A stretch of DNA of 64,000 nt from Alphaproteobacteria bacterium. Lineage in GTDB: Bacteria > Pseudomonadota > Alphaproteobacteria > UBA6615. Made by a program: the position numbers and the translations under genes. Numbering within the stretch: position 1 is the first letter of the stretch; every line of letters starts with the position of its first letter. This document shows positions 8,966 through 20,351 of this stretch, in pieces. The notes below the pieces were generated by a model. It was not told the origin of the DNA, ran no database searches, and saw nothing but the letters and a program-made list of their open reading frames with translations. The stretch covers positions 2,648,597 to 2,712,596 of the forward strand of contig OZ244931.1 in the NCBI GenBank assembly GCA_965222215.1, written 5' to 3'.

Positions 8966-10012
8966 ATGCTGAAATCGGTTATCAGGGGCCTGGCAATCGC
9001 CAGCTTCGCCACCGTCATGGCGGCGGGCACTGCCAACGCCCAGGACAAGACGTTCTACAAGATGGGCACATTCCCGCCCGGCACGTCGGTGAACATCATC
9101 CACACCTCGTGGGCAAACGCCGTCAACAAGCACGTCCCGAACGCGGAAGTGCAGTTGTCGGCTTCCGGCCCGGCCACGCGGCACATGCTGGCCGTCGCGG
9201 CGGGCGAGATGGACTTCTCGCTGACGTCGATGGTGTCCATTGCGCTGATGGGTGCCCAAAAGGGCCCGTTCAAGAACCTGAAGAACGGCAAGGAAACGGC
9301 CAAGAAACTCCAGATCGTCTTCGCGCACCCGATCGGGGCGCGGCACTACATCGTCTATGACGATTCGCCGATCCAGAGCTTCGACGACTTCAAGGGCAAG
9401 AAGGTCTTCCTCGGCCCGCCGGGAGGCACCGCCACCCAGCAGAATCTGATCACCGTGAAGGGCATGACCGGCTATGAGCCGGGCAAGGACTTCGAGCTGG
9501 TCAAGCTGGGCTGGGGCCCGGCCATCCAGGCCTTCCAGGACCGCAAGTACGACGTGATGATGCTGCCGGGCATCGCGCCCGACCCGCGCATCCAGCAGAT
9601 CGCGCTCACCTCCAAGATCCGAGTCATCGGCGTCGACGAGGGCAAGCTCATGGCCGATGCCGGCACCAAGCGGCTAATGGCGAACCCGATGAACTCGCTC
9701 TACGCGCTCGCACCCGACGCCTATGGCGCCAACCAGACCAACACCGAAGCCGTCGATCTGGTGAACCCGAAGGTGGCCATCGCGGTACGCGCGGACATGG
9801 ACCCGGACGTGGTCTACGCCATGACCAAGGCCTACTGGGAGAACATTGAGGAAGCCCATGCGCTGGCCCCGTGGATGAAGTCCGCGGTCTCGCTGGAGCA
9901 GGCGCTGTTCCCGATCCCCAACGGCATCCACCCCGGCGCGCTGCGCTACTACAAGGAACTCGGGCTGGAGATCCCCGACGCTTTCGTCGACGGCAAGCGC
10001 ATGAAACAGTAG
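8966..10012 (+). CDS. TAXI-family TRAP transporter substrate-binding protein
   Basis: Signal peptide; DFKGKKVFLGPPGG, VYAMTKAYWEN, IHPGALRYYKELG; adjacent fused permease. Confidence 0.9.
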   Translation: MLKSVIRGLAIASFATVMAAGTANAQDKTFYKMGTFPPGTSVNIIHTSWANAVNKHVPNAEVQLSASGPATRHMLAVAAGEMDFSLTSMVSIALMGAQKGPFKNLKNGKETAKKLQIVFAHPIGARHYIVYDDSPIQSFDDFKGKKVFLGPPGGTATQQNLITVKGMTGYEPGKDFELVKLGWGPAIQAFQDRKYDVMMLPGIAPDPRIQQIALTSKIRVIGVDEGKLMADAGTKRLMANPMNSLYALAPDAYGANQTNTEAVDLVNPKVAIAVRADMDPDVVYAMTKAYWENIEEAHALAPWMKSAVSLEQALFPIPNGIHPGALRYYKELGLEIPDAFVDGKRMKQ

Positions 10013-10106
10013 GCGCAGGCATCGACACACGAAACGCGCAGGCGGCCGGGGCCGCGGGTCACAAACCCGCACCACGCTCCGGCCGCCGGCATTTCGGGGA
10101 GCCGGC

Positions 10107-12056
10107 ATGGACAATCTGAGCGCGGTCGAACGATCCGTCATCCGGGGCATGGACGCCGTGGCCAAGGCCGCGGCGATCGCGCTTTGCTTCTACGCGATGT
10201 ACGTCGCCGGCATCGCGCTCCTGGAGGAAAACCTCCAGCGCAGCACCTTCTTCGCCGCCGGCGCGGCGATCGTGTTCCTGTTCGAGCCGCTGGCAAAGAA
10301 ATACGCCAACGCCCCCGCCCTCGTACGGCTCGTGATGTGGCTGTTCGACCTCGCGCTGGTCACGGCGTTTGTGCTGGCGATGGTCCGCTTTCTGGCCGTC
10401 GCGGAGGAGATGTCGGACTCGATCATCTTCTTCACCGACCGGGACCGCTGGCTGGCATTTTTTGCTGGTCTCACCGCCCTCGAACTCACCCGGCGGCGTT
10501 TCGGCGTGATCCTGCCGGCGATCGTCCTGCTCTCGATCCTGTACATGCTGTTTGGCGCACAGTTACCGGGCCTGCTGCGCCATTCCGGATTCCCGCTGGC
10601 GGACGTCCTGGAACTGATCTGGTGGCGCTCGGGTGAAGGCATCTTCAATCTGCCCCTCGATGTGGTCAGCCGCATCGTCTTGGTCTTCCTGATCTTCGGC
10701 GCGGTGCTGGAGGGGACCGGCGGCGGCGCGATCCTGCTGAAAATGGCGACCGCAGCCACGGCGCGCCTGCGCGGCGGGCCGGCCCACGCGGCCATCCTCG
10801 GCAGCGCCATGTTCGGGACCATCAATGGCAGCCCGGTGGCGAACGTGGCCTCCACAGGCGTCTTCACCATCCCGCTCATCAAGAAGCAGGGATTCAAACC
10901 ATCCTTCGCGGGCGGCGTCGAGGCCTCGGCATCCTCCGGCGGCCAATTCACGCCCCCGGTGATGGGGGCGGTCGCGTTCATCCTCGCCGATCTCGCCGGG
11001 GTGCCCTACCTGACCGTCGCCATCGCCGCGATCTTCCCGGCGCTGTTCTACTACTTCAGCCTGTTTGCGGCGGTCTACACCGAGGCCGCCCGCCTCGGCA
11101 TCGGCGCCTTGCCCGAAGAAGATCGACCCGTCATCACCCGCGAGGACTGGCTGCAATCGCTGCGCTTCTTCGGCCCGCTGCTGGTGATCGTGGTCATCCT
11201 CGTCACGGGCCGCTCGGCCGCCATGGCCGGGTTTATCGGCATCCTCGTGGCAATTGCTATCGGCCTGGTTCTCGAACGCGGCCTGTACTCGAAACCACGC
11301 GAGACACTTTCCGAATTCGGCCGGGCGATCTTCACCTCTTTCATCTCCGGCGGGCGCGCATCGGCCTCGATCCTCGTGATCGTCGGCGCCATCGGCATCT
11401 TCATGAGCGTGGTCAACACCACGGGCGTCGGGTTCCGCTTCGCGGGCGTCATCGCGGGCCTCGGCGAGGGCTCGCTGTTCCTCGCGCTGGGCCTGGCGAT
11501 GATTTCGTCGCTGATCCTCGGCATGGGCCTGCCCACCCTGCCCGCCTATTTCCTGGTCGCGATTTTCCTTGCGCCCGCCGTCGCCGAGCTCGGCGTCGCG
11601 GTGCTGCTGGCGCACATGTTCGTACTTCTCTTCGCGATCCTGTCCAACGTTACGCCACCCGTTGCCATCGCCGCCTATACGGCGGCGCCCATCGCCGGGG
11701 CCAACCCGCTGACGACCGGCTTCCAGGCCGTGCGGGTCGCCATCGTTGGCTTCGTGATCCCGTTCGTGTGGATCTACTACCCGTCGTTCGTGCTGGTCGA
11801 GAGCTTCCAGTGGGGCGAATTCGTCTGGATCTTGGTCCGGCTCCCGTTGGTGATCTGGCTCATCGCGACGGCCTTCGCGGGCCACGAGTTCCAATCTCTC
11901 GGCATACCCGAACGCGCCCTGCGCGGCGTGCTCGCCATCGCGATCCTGCTCGTCGACCCGGTATTCCACCTGCCGGCGTTTGCAATCGCTCTGGCTATCT
12001 TGGGATGGCGCATGCTCGGGCGACGCCGCGAGGCGGAGGAGTCGGTGGTTCGCTAA
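10107..12056 (+). CDS. TRAP transporter fused 4TM/12TM permease
   Basis: Very hydrophobic; GGPAHAAILGSAMFGTINGSPVANV, ASSGGQFTPPVMGAVAF, LGMGLPTLPAY, SNVTPPVAIAA. Confidence 0.93.
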   Translation: MDNLSAVERSVIRGMDAVAKAAAIALCFYAMYVAGIALLEENLQRSTFFAAGAAIVFLFEPLAKKYANAPALVRLVMWLFDLALVTAFVLAMVRFLAVAEEMSDSIIFFTDRDRWLAFFAGLTALELTRRRFGVILPAIVLLSILYMLFGAQLPGLLRHSGFPLADVLELIWWRSGEGIFNLPLDVVSRIVLVFLIFGAVLEGTGGGAILLKMATAATARLRGGPAHAAILGSAMFGTINGSPVANVASTGVFTIPLIKKQGFKPSFAGGVEASASSGGQFTPPVMGAVAFILADLAGVPYLTVAIAAIFPALFYYFSLFAAVYTEAARLGIGALPEEDRPVITREDWLQSLRFFGPLLVIVVILVTGRSAAMAGFIGILVAIAIGLVLERGLYSKPRETLSEFGRAIFTSFISGGRASASILVIVGAIGIFMSVVNTTGVGFRFAGVIAGLGEGSLFLALGLAMISSLILGMGLPTLPAYFLVAIFLAPAVAELGVAVLLAHMFVLLFAILSNVTPPVAIAAYTAAPIAGANPLTTGFQAVRVAIVGFVIPFVWIYYPSFVLVESFQWGEFVWILVRLPLVIWLIATAFAGHEFQSLGIPERALRGVLAIAILLVDPVFHLPAFAIALAILGWRMLGRRREAEESVVR

Positions 12057-12064
12057 AAGGGAAT

Positions 12065-12141
12065 TGGTAGGCCCGGCAGGATTCGAACCTGCGACATAAC
12101 CGTTATGAGCGGTCCGTTCTAACCAGCTGAACTACGGGCCC
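12065..12141 (-). tRNA. tRNA with CAU anticodon, most likely tRNA-Ile2 (lysidine-modified)
   Basis: GGGCCCG-TA-GTTC-AGCTGGTTA-GAAC-G-GACCG-CTCATAA-CGGTT-ATGTC-GCAGG-TTCGAAT-CCTGC-CGGGCCT-ACCA; lacks initiator hallmarks (no C1:A72, no GGG/CCC anticodon stem). Confidence 0.93.
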
Positions 12142-12204
12142 ACGGGGTTGTTTCCCGCAGCACCTATAACACAGGGCTCGCACGGGGGTGGAGACCTGTC
12201 CCGC

Positions 12205-12855
12205 TCACCCGGTGCGTCGTGCCGCCAGGGTGGCCATGCCGGTACTGGCGAACGTGATCATCGCCTGCAGCAGGTCGAAAGACGGGTCCTCGCCGGCGGC
12301 GTCCGGTGCCAGGGTCGCCACACGTTCCGCGCCGGTTACGCTGCTCATCATGACCGCAATGCAGAACTGGTAGCCCCAGGCGATGTCCTGCGCGTGCGCC
12401 TCGGGAAAGGCCCCTGCTAGGCGGTCCATGCACTGTCGTGCGGAGGGATCGAGGAAACTTGAAAAGACGTTGCGCGCACGGTCGCGTGGGCTGTTGGCTT
12501 CCCGCGCGAGCAGCCGCGCAAAATTGGCGTCATCGGGCGAATTCAGCCGTCTGAAGAACGGCGCGAACCAGGCATCGAGAATAGCAGCGGCGGCTTCGTG
12601 GCCGCGCGCGTCCGCCGGCACGGCTTCGAGCCGTGCCAGGCGCTCCGCGGTGATGTCGCGGTAGCGTCCTTCGATAATCCTCTCGTAGAGCTCGCCCTTG
12701 TTTCCGAAGTAGTAGCCGATGAGCGCCGGGTTCACACCGGCGGCCGACGCGATCGCGCGGATCGAGGCGCCTTCGTAGGAATTGTCGGCGAACACCTCTT
12801 CCGCCGCGCGCAGGATGGACGCCCTGCGACCGTCTTCGAATGCCTCTTCGCTCAT
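12205..12855 (-). CDS. TetR/AcrR family transcriptional regulator
   Basis: From ATG 12855: RRASILRAAEEVFADNSYEGASIRAIASAAGVNPALIGYYFGNK helix-turn-helix; the longer start in the ORF track is spurious. Confidence 0.9.
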   Translation of the reverse strand: MSEEAFEDGRRASILRAAEEVFADNSYEGASIRAIASAAGVNPALIGYYFGNKGELYERIIEGRYRDITAERLARLEAVPADARGHEAAAAILDAWFAPFFRRLNSPDDANFARLLAREANSPRDRARNVFSSFLDPSARQCMDRLAGAFPEAHAQDIAWGYQFCIAVMMSSVTGAERVATLAPDAAGEDPSFDLLQAMITFASTGMATLAARRTG

Positions 12856-12886
12856 GGTCCCGCTTCTAGCATCGGTGCCGTCCCGT

Positions 12887-12934
12887 TTGACATTATTATA
12901 CGACCGTATAATATATTTATACGACTGTATAAAT
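12887..12934. promoter_or_regulatory. sigma70 promoter (TTGACA-16-TAATAT) overlapped by two tandem palindromic TetR-type operators
   Basis: TATTATACG-AC-CGTATAATA (12894-12913) and ATTTATAC-GACT-GTATAAAT (12915-12934) in the divergent intergenic region. Confidence 0.8.
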
Positions 12935-12947
12935 CTGGATGCTTTTG

Positions 12948-13676
12948 ATGGCCACTTTCGTTCTCGTTCACGGCTCATGGCACGGCGGCTGGTGCTGGCG
13001 CGAGGTGGCCAGCCGCCTCCGCGCCGACGGGCACGATGTCCACGCGCCAACCCTGACCGGCTGCGGCGAGAACGTGCATCGCCTCGACGGCGGAATAGAC
13101 CTGAGCGCCCACGCCACAGACATCGTGAACCTGCTGTTTTACGAGGACCTCCACGATGTGGTGCTGGTCGGGCACAGCTACGCCGGCCTCGTGGTCGCGT
13201 CGGCCGCGCCGAAGGTCGCGGAACGCCTCTCCAGCCTCGTCTACCTCGACGCCTACATTGTGCCGCCCGGCGGCAAGGGGTTCGACCTGTGGGACGACGA
13301 GCGCGTCGCGGCCGCCCGGGAGGCATTGAAAGGCGACGCGCCCTACCGCGAACCGCTGCCCGCCGATGCCCTCGGCATCGAGGATCCGGAACTGGCGGCC
13401 TGGGTGGAGGCCCGCATGACCCCGCACCCGCTGGCGACCTACGACGAACCGCTACCCGACGATACGTCCGGAAGTGCCGCCCTGCCGCGCCTCTTCATTC
13501 GCTGTACCGAAGGCCCCATCGCCCACCTGTTCCAGCCTGTCGAGGACATGGTCCGCGAGTGGGGCTGGCCGGTCGAAAACCTCGCGTCGGGTCATGACGC
13601 GATGCTGACCGCACCCGGGGAACTTACCGACATGCTCGTCAACCACGCGAACGCCGTTCGCGGACAACAGGGATAA
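12948..13676 (+). CDS. alpha/beta hydrolase (salicylate/methylesterase-like)
   Basis: MATFVLVHGSWHGGWCW, GHSYAG nucleophile motif, SGHDAML. Confidence 0.9.
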   Translation: MATFVLVHGSWHGGWCWREVASRLRADGHDVHAPTLTGCGENVHRLDGGIDLSAHATDIVNLLFYEDLHDVVLVGHSYAGLVVASAAPKVAERLSSLVYLDAYIVPPGGKGFDLWDDERVAAAREALKGDAPYREPLPADALGIEDPELAAWVEARMTPHPLATYDEPLPDDTSGSAALPRLFIRCTEGPIAHLFQPVEDMVREWGWPVENLASGHDAMLTAPGELTDMLVNHANAVRGQQG

Positions 13677-13690
13677 CCAAGGAGGAAAAC

Positions 13691-14269
13691 ATGTCCGTCA
13701 CCGAAACCGAGAAACCCGACAACGCCACCACGTTCCGCGTCAAGCAATCGCGCGAGATGAACCCGGCCGAGGTCGAGGCCAAGCATCTTGCGCGTTACAA
13801 CGACCTCATCGAGGACGACTCGATTTTCAAGGAAGACCGGGACGACGAGATCGGCGCGCGGCGGCATTTCCACGTGATCTCGCCCGACGGCTACCTCAAG
13901 GATGCGAAGATCACCTCGCCGCACCATTTCCACATCAGCTATGTCGAGCTGCCGCCGGGCCACGAGGTCCAGCTCCATGCCCATGACGTCGCCGAGGTCT
14001 TCATCCAGATGACCGGCACGTTCGAGTTCGGCTACGGCGACGAGGGCCAGCACAAGGTCGTGCTGAACCCCATGGACACCTTCTCAGTCCCCATCGACGT
14101 GATGCGCAGTTTCAAGAATGTCGGCCTGACCAACGGCGTAGTCATGGTGATCTACGACAAGCCCGGCGACATCCTCGAGAACATCTTCTACGACGAGGAG
14201 CACATCGACGAGATTCGCGAGACCTGGAAGAAGTCCGGCAAGGACATCACCGTCAAGCGGGTCAACTAG
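13691..14269 (+). CDS. cupin domain protein
   Basis: LHAHDVAEVF...DTFSVPIDVMRSF; strong RBS AAGGAGG. Confidence 0.85.
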   Translation: MSVTETEKPDNATTFRVKQSREMNPAEVEAKHLARYNDLIEDDSIFKEDRDDEIGARRHFHVISPDGYLKDAKITSPHHFHISYVELPPGHEVQLHAHDVAEVFIQMTGTFEFGYGDEGQHKVVLNPMDTFSVPIDVMRSFKNVGLTNGVVMVIYDKPGDILENIFYDEEHIDEIRETWKKSGKDITVKRVN

Positions 14270-14290
14270 GGCCCATGGCGTAACGGGAAC

Positions 14291-14319
14291 GGCAGGGCCG
14301 GCGGAAAACCGGCCCTGCC
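14291..14319. terminator. GC-rich hairpin between convergent genes
   Basis: GGCAGGGCCGG-CGGAAAA-CCGGCCCTGCC, 11-bp stem; no clear U-tract. Confidence 0.55.
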
Positions 14320-14346
14320 TGTATCCGTCTATCTGTCCGGCCGGGT

Positions 14347-15453
14347 TCAGGGGCGGCAGACGTAGTAGAGATTCTGGATGTCGTGCTCCAGCTCGTTCAC
14401 CTCGACCGAGCCGAAACCCGCCTCGGTAAACATCTCCACCGCGGTCTGCCGGCCCCACATCGCGCCGAGACCCTCGCCGCCCTCCTGCGCCAGCGACACC
14501 GTCATGCAGTGCATGCAGGAGATCGTGTAGAGCAGCGGGCCGATCGGGTGATCGACATTCTCGTGGGTATGGCTCGACCCGTTGATGTCCTGCGCCATGT
14601 AGACCCCGTTCGGCGCCAGCGTCCTGCGAATGCCCCGCACCAGCGCGCGCGGATTTGCCTGGTCGTGCACCGCGTCGAACGTGGTCACGAAGTCGAACGC
14701 ACCCGGCTCGGCATCCGTGTCGAACGTGCCGAGATCGCGAACCTCGAAACGCAGGTTGTCGATCTCCCGCTCCTCGGCCTCGGACGCCGCCCACGCCAGC
14801 GCCTCGTCCGACAGGTCGCAACCCACGAAATCGCTGTTGGGGAACCGCGCGGCAAGCTGCATCAGCGCCCTTCCCCGGCCGCAGCCCAGATCGAGGACGC
14901 GGATGCCGGTCTCCAGCCGTTCGGCCAGACCGGGCATGAGCGGCAGGATGTACGCCTCCAGGGCCGGCAGCACCGACTGCCCGCTATCCTCGGCCATGAT
15001 CTCGTGGAACCGCTTGTACCGCGAATACGGCACGCCGCCGCCCTCGCGGAAACAGGTGACGATGTCGTTCTCCACGCTGCCCAGCTCACCGACATACTGC
15101 GCGAACACCGCCAGGTTGTTCGGCGTCGCAGCGCGCGTCAGGCACGCGGCGTGTTCGGCCGGCAGGCGGAAGACGCCGGTCGCGCCGTCGCACTCCACGA
15201 TCCGGCCCGCGGTCATCGCACCCAGCCATTCACGCACGTAGCGCTCATCGAGACCGGCGCGCGCCGCAAGGTCGTCGCTGGTCGTCCACATTCCCTCGCC
15301 GAGCGCATCGAACAATCCCGTCCGGTGCCCGACCGACACCATCAGCGCCAGCGCGCCGCCATTGAGCATGTCGACGAACCGGGCCTCGAAGGCCTCCGCC
15401 CGTTCCGGCGAGAACTCGTCTTCTCCAAAATCTTGAACTTCCAGCGCAGACAT
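14347..15453 (-). CDS. class I SAM-dependent methyltransferase with N-terminal winged HTH (Rv2258c-like)
   Basis: LDERYVREWL winged helix, VLDLGCGRG SAM motif, FDAVHDQ, SCMHCMTVSLAQEGGEGLGAMWG. Confidence 0.9.
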   Translation of the reverse strand: MSALEVQDFGEDEFSPERAEAFEARFVDMLNGGALALMVSVGHRTGLFDALGEGMWTTSDDLAARAGLDERYVREWLGAMTAGRIVECDGATGVFRLPAEHAACLTRAATPNNLAVFAQYVGELGSVENDIVTCFREGGGVPYSRYKRFHEIMAEDSGQSVLPALEAYILPLMPGLAERLETGIRVLDLGCGRGRALMQLAARFPNSDFVGCDLSDEALAWAASEAEEREIDNLRFEVRDLGTFDTDAEPGAFDFVTTFDAVHDQANPRALVRGIRRTLAPNGVYMAQDINGSSHTHENVDHPIGPLLYTISCMHCMTVSLAQEGGEGLGAMWGRQTAVEMFTEAGFGSVEVNELEHDIQNLYYVCRP

Positions 15454-15484
15454 TTTTCCAACTCCGTGTTTGGGCCAGTATTTT

Positions 15485-15639
15485 ATACTGACCAGTTGGT
15501 ATGTTTAAACCCAGGTCGCTTACGGGAGTCAATCGGAGCGACGTTCCCACTTTGGTATGAGGGAATTCAATCTTCTCCGGAGGCTTGACCGGCACGGACT
15601 CAGGACAATGTCCTTGCTCGAAACAGACCGAACAGTCTA
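15485..15639. promoter_or_regulatory. two imperfect NemR-like TetR operator palindromes
   Basis: ATACTGACCAGTTGGTAT (15485-15502) and CAGACC-GAAC-AGTCTA (15624-15639), resembling TAGACC-N4-GGTCTA. Confidence 0.5.
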
Positions 15640-15671
15640 GTTTGCGCACTCGGCCAACGGAATGGATACCG

Positions 15672-16292
15672 ATGCCCCGCGACGGCTCCCTGACGCGTAC
15701 GAAGATTCTCGACACCGCCGAGGCGATGATCCTCGACCAGGGTTATTCGGCCACCTCCATCGACAAGCTGATCGATGCGGTCGGGGTGACCAAGGGCAGC
15801 TTCTTCTATCACTTCAGGAACAAGGCGGCGCTGGCCCGGACGCTTCTCGACCGCTACGCCGAGGCCGACCTGTCGATGCAGCGCGAGTTCCGCGCGCGCG
15901 CCGAAAAGCTCAGCCGCGATCCGCTGCAACAGGTGCTGATCTTTATCGGGCTCTACGAAGAGATGATGGAGGGACTGACTGAACCCTACCCCGGCTGCCT
16001 GTTCGCGTCCTATCTCTATGAGGCAAACCTGTTCGACGGCGACACGATGGGCGTGATCGAGGACACCTACAAGTACTGGCGGCGGGAGCTCGGCGAGATG
16101 CTCGACGCCGCCGCCGCTGCGCATCCGCCCCGTCTGCCGGTCGACACGGCAGACCTTGCTGACATGTTCACGTCGACGATCGAGGGCGCGTTCATCATGT
16201 CGAAGACACTCAAGGAGCCGAAGCTCGTTGCGGCCCAGCTCGGCCTTTACAAGAACTTCGTGGAACTGGTGTTCGGCGCCGAGGGCCCCTGA
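15672..16292 (+). CDS. TetR/AcrR family regulator (NemR/LmrA-like)
   Basis: TRTKILDTAEAMILDQGYSATSIDKLIDAVGVTKGSFFYHF; GCLF motif. Confidence 0.9.
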   Translation: MPRDGSLTRTKILDTAEAMILDQGYSATSIDKLIDAVGVTKGSFFYHFRNKAALARTLLDRYAEADLSMQREFRARAEKLSRDPLQQVLIFIGLYEEMMEGLTEPYPGCLFASYLYEANLFDGDTMGVIEDTYKYWRRELGEMLDAAAAAHPPRLPVDTADLADMFTSTIEGAFIMSKTLKEPKLVAAQLGLYKNFVELVFGAEGP

Positions 16293-16294
16293 AC

Positions 16295-16324
16295 GAAAAA
16301 GGCCGGCAAAACGCCGGCCCTTTC
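16295..16324. terminator. bidirectional intrinsic terminator (rpoD / TetR)
   Basis: AAAAA-GGCCGGC-AAAAC-GCCGGCC-CTTTC between convergent genes. Confidence 0.75.
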
Positions 16325-16344
16325 ATCGTGATTCGGTCGCCGAC

Positions 16345-18387
<2,043 letters not shown>

Positions 18388-18447
18388 ATTCGTCCCTCGC
18401 TGCGACGCCCCCGAGCGACCGCGCATGTGTACGACTAAATCTGCTTC

Positions 18448-20265
18448 TTAAAGGCCGCCTGCACGCGAGCCTTCACGGACGAGATTGAGCAGTTTCTTGA
18501 CATTCTCTTCGCTCATATCGCCCTTCGCGTCCCTCTCGGCATCCGCCCGGTCCAACTTCAGCCGCGACCGCGCGTAACCTGCCAGCATTTCGTCCAATGC
18601 GGCACGCGCATCCAGGACCGTAGCCTCGGGCGCCGCGAAGGACGCCTGTCGGTACACCTGCGGATGCAACACCAACCCCAGCAGCCTTTCAAAACCGCTC
18701 TCGTTCAAATGGCGTCGCAGGTCACGGGTGTCAAGCACCGGCGCAGCGAACGCGTGGTTTAAAATCTCCCGGAGCAGGGTGTCAAGTTCCTTGCTTTGCA
18801 GGGAAATCCCCGTCAGGGCGTCGACGGCGTCGCCAATCAGGTCAGGATGGTTGACCAATGTCGCGACCAATATGCGCTCCTGCAGCGTTTTGATCGCCCC
18901 GATATCGCCGCGCGCGCGCAATCCGGGGCTTGAAGCCCCCTGTTTCCGTCCGAAATCGGACCGGTTCGATCCGCGTCCGCCGAATTGGGACCGTCTCGCC
19001 TGGTAAAACAGGTCTCGCAGCCGGTCACGCAGCGCCTGCTGGTAATGATACTTCACGCTTTCGTCGGCGATCCTCGCCAGCCTGACGTTGATCCGCCGCT
19101 CGAGGTCGGCCCGCCGTTCGGGCGTGTCGAACCGTCCCGCGGACAATTCCGACTGCCAGATCACGTCGACCAGCTGGCGCGCACCGTTCAGCAAGGTTCG
19201 AAAGCCGTCCGCCCCGCGGTTGGCCACAAGAGAGTCCGGATCCTCGCCGGCCGGCAGGCCCATGAAGCGCAGCGTCTTGCCCGGCTTCAGGATCGGCAGC
19301 GCGCGTTCCGCCGCACGCAGCGCCGCACGTTCGCCCGCGTTGTCCCCGTCGAAACAAAGCACCGGCTCGTCGACGATGCGCCAGAGCAGGCCGATCTGGT
19401 CCTCCGTGACGGCGGTGCCGAGCGGCGCGACGGCGTTGGGCAGGCCCGCCTGCGCCAGCGCGATCACGTCGGTGTAGCCCTCGGCGACGATCACGGTACC
19501 CGACGCCTTCGAGGCCTCGCGCGCCATGGCGTAGTTGTAGAGGTTGCGGCCCTTGTGGAAGAGCGGCGTTTCCGGCGAGTTCAAGTATTTCGGCTGGCCG
19601 TCTCCAAGGATGCGCCCGCCGAACGCGATCACGCGGCCACGCCCGTCGGAAATCGGGAACATCACGCGGTTGAAGAAATAGTCGCGCGGGTCGCCGCCCC
19701 CTTCTGGCATCTTGATCAGCCCCGCCTCGACCAGCTGCTCGCGGCGGATGCCCTTGCTCTCCATGGCCTGCAGCAATCGCCCCCGTCCGTCCGGCGCGAA
19801 ACCGAGGCGGAACTGGCGGATCGTCTCGTCGGTAAACCCGCGCCCGCGCAGGTACTCGTAGGCGGCGCTACCTTCGGAGGCGCGCAGGTTTGCTTCGTAC
19901 CAGGCGCACACGGCCTCGACGACGTCGTAGAGCGTCGCGCGCACCTTCGCGCGCGCCTTGTCCTCCGGCGTCGATTGCGGCACCTGCAGCCCTGCCTGCC
20001 CCGCCAGCTTCTCGACAGCCTCGGGAAAGCTCAGCCCCTCGGTCTCGATTGCGAAGGAGATGACGTCACCATGCGCGCCGCAGCCGAAGCAATGGTAGAA
20101 AGCCTTCTCGTCATTGACCGTGAAGGACGGCGTCTTTTCGTTGTGGAAAGGGCAGAGGCCGGAGAACTCGCGGCCCTTCTTGATCAGACGCACCTTCCGC
20201 CCCACGACCTCCGACACCGGAAGCCGCGCGCGCAACTCATCGAGAAATTGCGGCGGGAAGGCCAT
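18448..20265 (-). CDS. dnaG: DNA primase
   Basis: CPFHNEKTPSF...CFGC zinc ribbon, PKYLNSPET, EGYTD, FDGD TOPRIM; upstream of rpoD. Confidence 0.98.
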   Translation of the reverse strand: MAFPPQFLDELRARLPVSEVVGRKVRLIKKGREFSGLCPFHNEKTPSFTVNDEKAFYHCFGCGAHGDVISFAIETEGLSFPEAVEKLAGQAGLQVPQSTPEDKARAKVRATLYDVVEAVCAWYEANLRASEGSAAYEYLRGRGFTDETIRQFRLGFAPDGRGRLLQAMESKGIRREQLVEAGLIKMPEGGGDPRDYFFNRVMFPISDGRGRVIAFGGRILGDGQPKYLNSPETPLFHKGRNLYNYAMAREASKASGTVIVAEGYTDVIALAQAGLPNAVAPLGTAVTEDQIGLLWRIVDEPVLCFDGDNAGERAALRAAERALPILKPGKTLRFMGLPAGEDPDSLVANRGADGFRTLLNGARQLVDVIWQSELSAGRFDTPERRADLERRINVRLARIADESVKYHYQQALRDRLRDLFYQARRSQFGGRGSNRSDFGRKQGASSPGLRARGDIGAIKTLQERILVATLVNHPDLIGDAVDALTGISLQSKELDTLLREILNHAFAAPVLDTRDLRRHLNESGFERLLGLVLHPQVYRQASFAAPEATVLDARAALDEMLAGYARSRLKLDRADAERDAKGDMSEENVKKLLNLVREGSRAGGL

Positions 20266-20351
20266 GAGCAGTCTGTGTCCGAATTGGTTACAACCCGAAC
20301 ACTACCGCGTCACCGGCGTGGCGGCGATGACTGAATAGTGTGGATAAAGCG

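Noticed and set aside
12065-12141. tRNA as the attachment site of an island covering 1-12056
   Set aside because: No integrase, no direct repeat and no obvious compositional shift within the window.
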